A DNA stretch of 64,000 bases, from contig NC_069002.1 of assembly GCF_001194135.2 (NCBI RefSeq), positions 3,513,539 to 3,577,538 on the forward strand, in the 5' to 3' direction. This document shows positions 62,985 through 64,000 of the stretch, piece after piece. This DNA comes from Octopus bimaculoides. Lineage: Eukaryota. The translations under genes and the position numbers were made by a program. Each line of letters starts with the position of its first letter. Position 1 is the stretch's first letter. The notes beneath the pieces are model-generated. The model made no database searches, was not told the origin of the DNA, and worked only from the letters and a program-made list of their open reading frames with translations.

Positions 62985-64000
62985 GTATGTAACAAATTCT
63001 TTAATTATCATCGTTATGAAGGTGACGAGCTGACAGAATCGTTAGCATGCTGGACAAAATGCTTAGAGGCATTTCATCCATATTTACATTCTGTGTTCAA
63101 ATTCTGCCATGGTCAACTTTGCCTTTCATCCTTCCGGGGATTTACTGTTGGGTGACTTTTGGCCAACCCTGTATAATATATTCTTTTNNNNNNNNNNNNN
63201 NNNNNNNNNNNNNNNNNNNNNNNNNNNNNNNNNNNNNNNNNNNNNNNNNNNNNNNNNNNNNNNNNNNNNNNNNNNNNNNNNNNNNNNNNNNNNNNNNNNN
63301 NNNNNNNNNNNNNNNNNNNNNNNNNNNNNNNNNNNNNNNNNNNNNNNNNNNNNNNNNNNNNNNNNNNNNNNNNNNNNNNNNNNNNNNNNNNNNNNNNNNN
63401 NNNNNNNNNNNNNNNNNNNNNNNNNNNNNNNNNNNNNNNNNNNNNNNNNNNNNNNNNNNNNNNNNNNNNNNNNNNNNNNNNNNNNNNNNNNNNNNNNNNN
63501 NNNNNNNNNNNNNNNNNNNNNNNNNNNNNNNNNNNNNNNNNNNNNNNNNTTTTTTTTTATCATTAATTGCGATAACTGTATTTGATTTGTATGGAAATTC
63601 TATAATTGGCCGAGATTCTTGTAGTGGTTTTTTTTTAGTTGTTCAGTTGATATTGTTTTCTCTCTATCATCTCTTAGATTAAACTCAATATGTTTCTTTG
63701 AGTATCTTTTGCAAATTGAACAAGTGTTGTTAGCTGTATGGGGGGTAGTTGCGGGGTGGAAATGGAAGAAAAAGGAAGAACAAAAAAAAAAGGCAGGGAA
63801 AATAAGAAAGGAAAATAAAATCTATGGCTATTATATTTCTTTGTTGCTGTTGCTGCTTGTGTTAAATGGAACAATTATTAGAGCACGTGTATGTGTTTGT
63901 GTACATGTGTGTATTTGTGTGTGTGTTTTCTTAGTAATTCAAAGTAATCCCATTGGATACGACATGGCTTTTATTACCAGAATTTACAATAATTCATTAA

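Overview
AT-rich (eukaryotic) animal genomic DNA with about 15 N-gaps, dense AT/AC/AAT/ATC microsatellites and many SINE/MITE copies. The repeat families and genes point to a draft coleoid cephalopod (Octopus-like) scaffold; this species call is an inference. Three genes can be reconstructed exon by exon from GT-AG sites and reading-frame phase: (1) the 3' part of a hephaestin/ceruloplasmin-like multicopper oxidase (+, 255-4557), probably ending through an 8-nt microexon and a hydrophobic tail; (2) Beclin-1 (+, 8755-17821, 13 exons, exon 2 uncertain); (3) mitochondrial EF-Ts (-, 23042-20387, 5 coding exons). From about 24 kb to 64 kb I recognise no protein family. That region holds only a candidate start exon (28393), a few isolated short exon-like segments (37146, 56789, 62953) and transposon debris: tRNA-derived SINEs, hAT, piggyBac-like and mariner MITEs, a deleted mariner and a Penelope RT relic. 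The most unusual signals are a tRNA-headed element carrying half a hammerhead-ribozyme core plus other hammerhead relics, a Beclin-1 with Asp at two kinase sites and a BH3 Asp-to-Tyr change, the microexon, and a degenerate repeat-spacer array at 52.0-52.5 kb. Almost all other ORFs in the supplied track are artefacts of microsatellites or gaps. Repeat boundaries are approximate.
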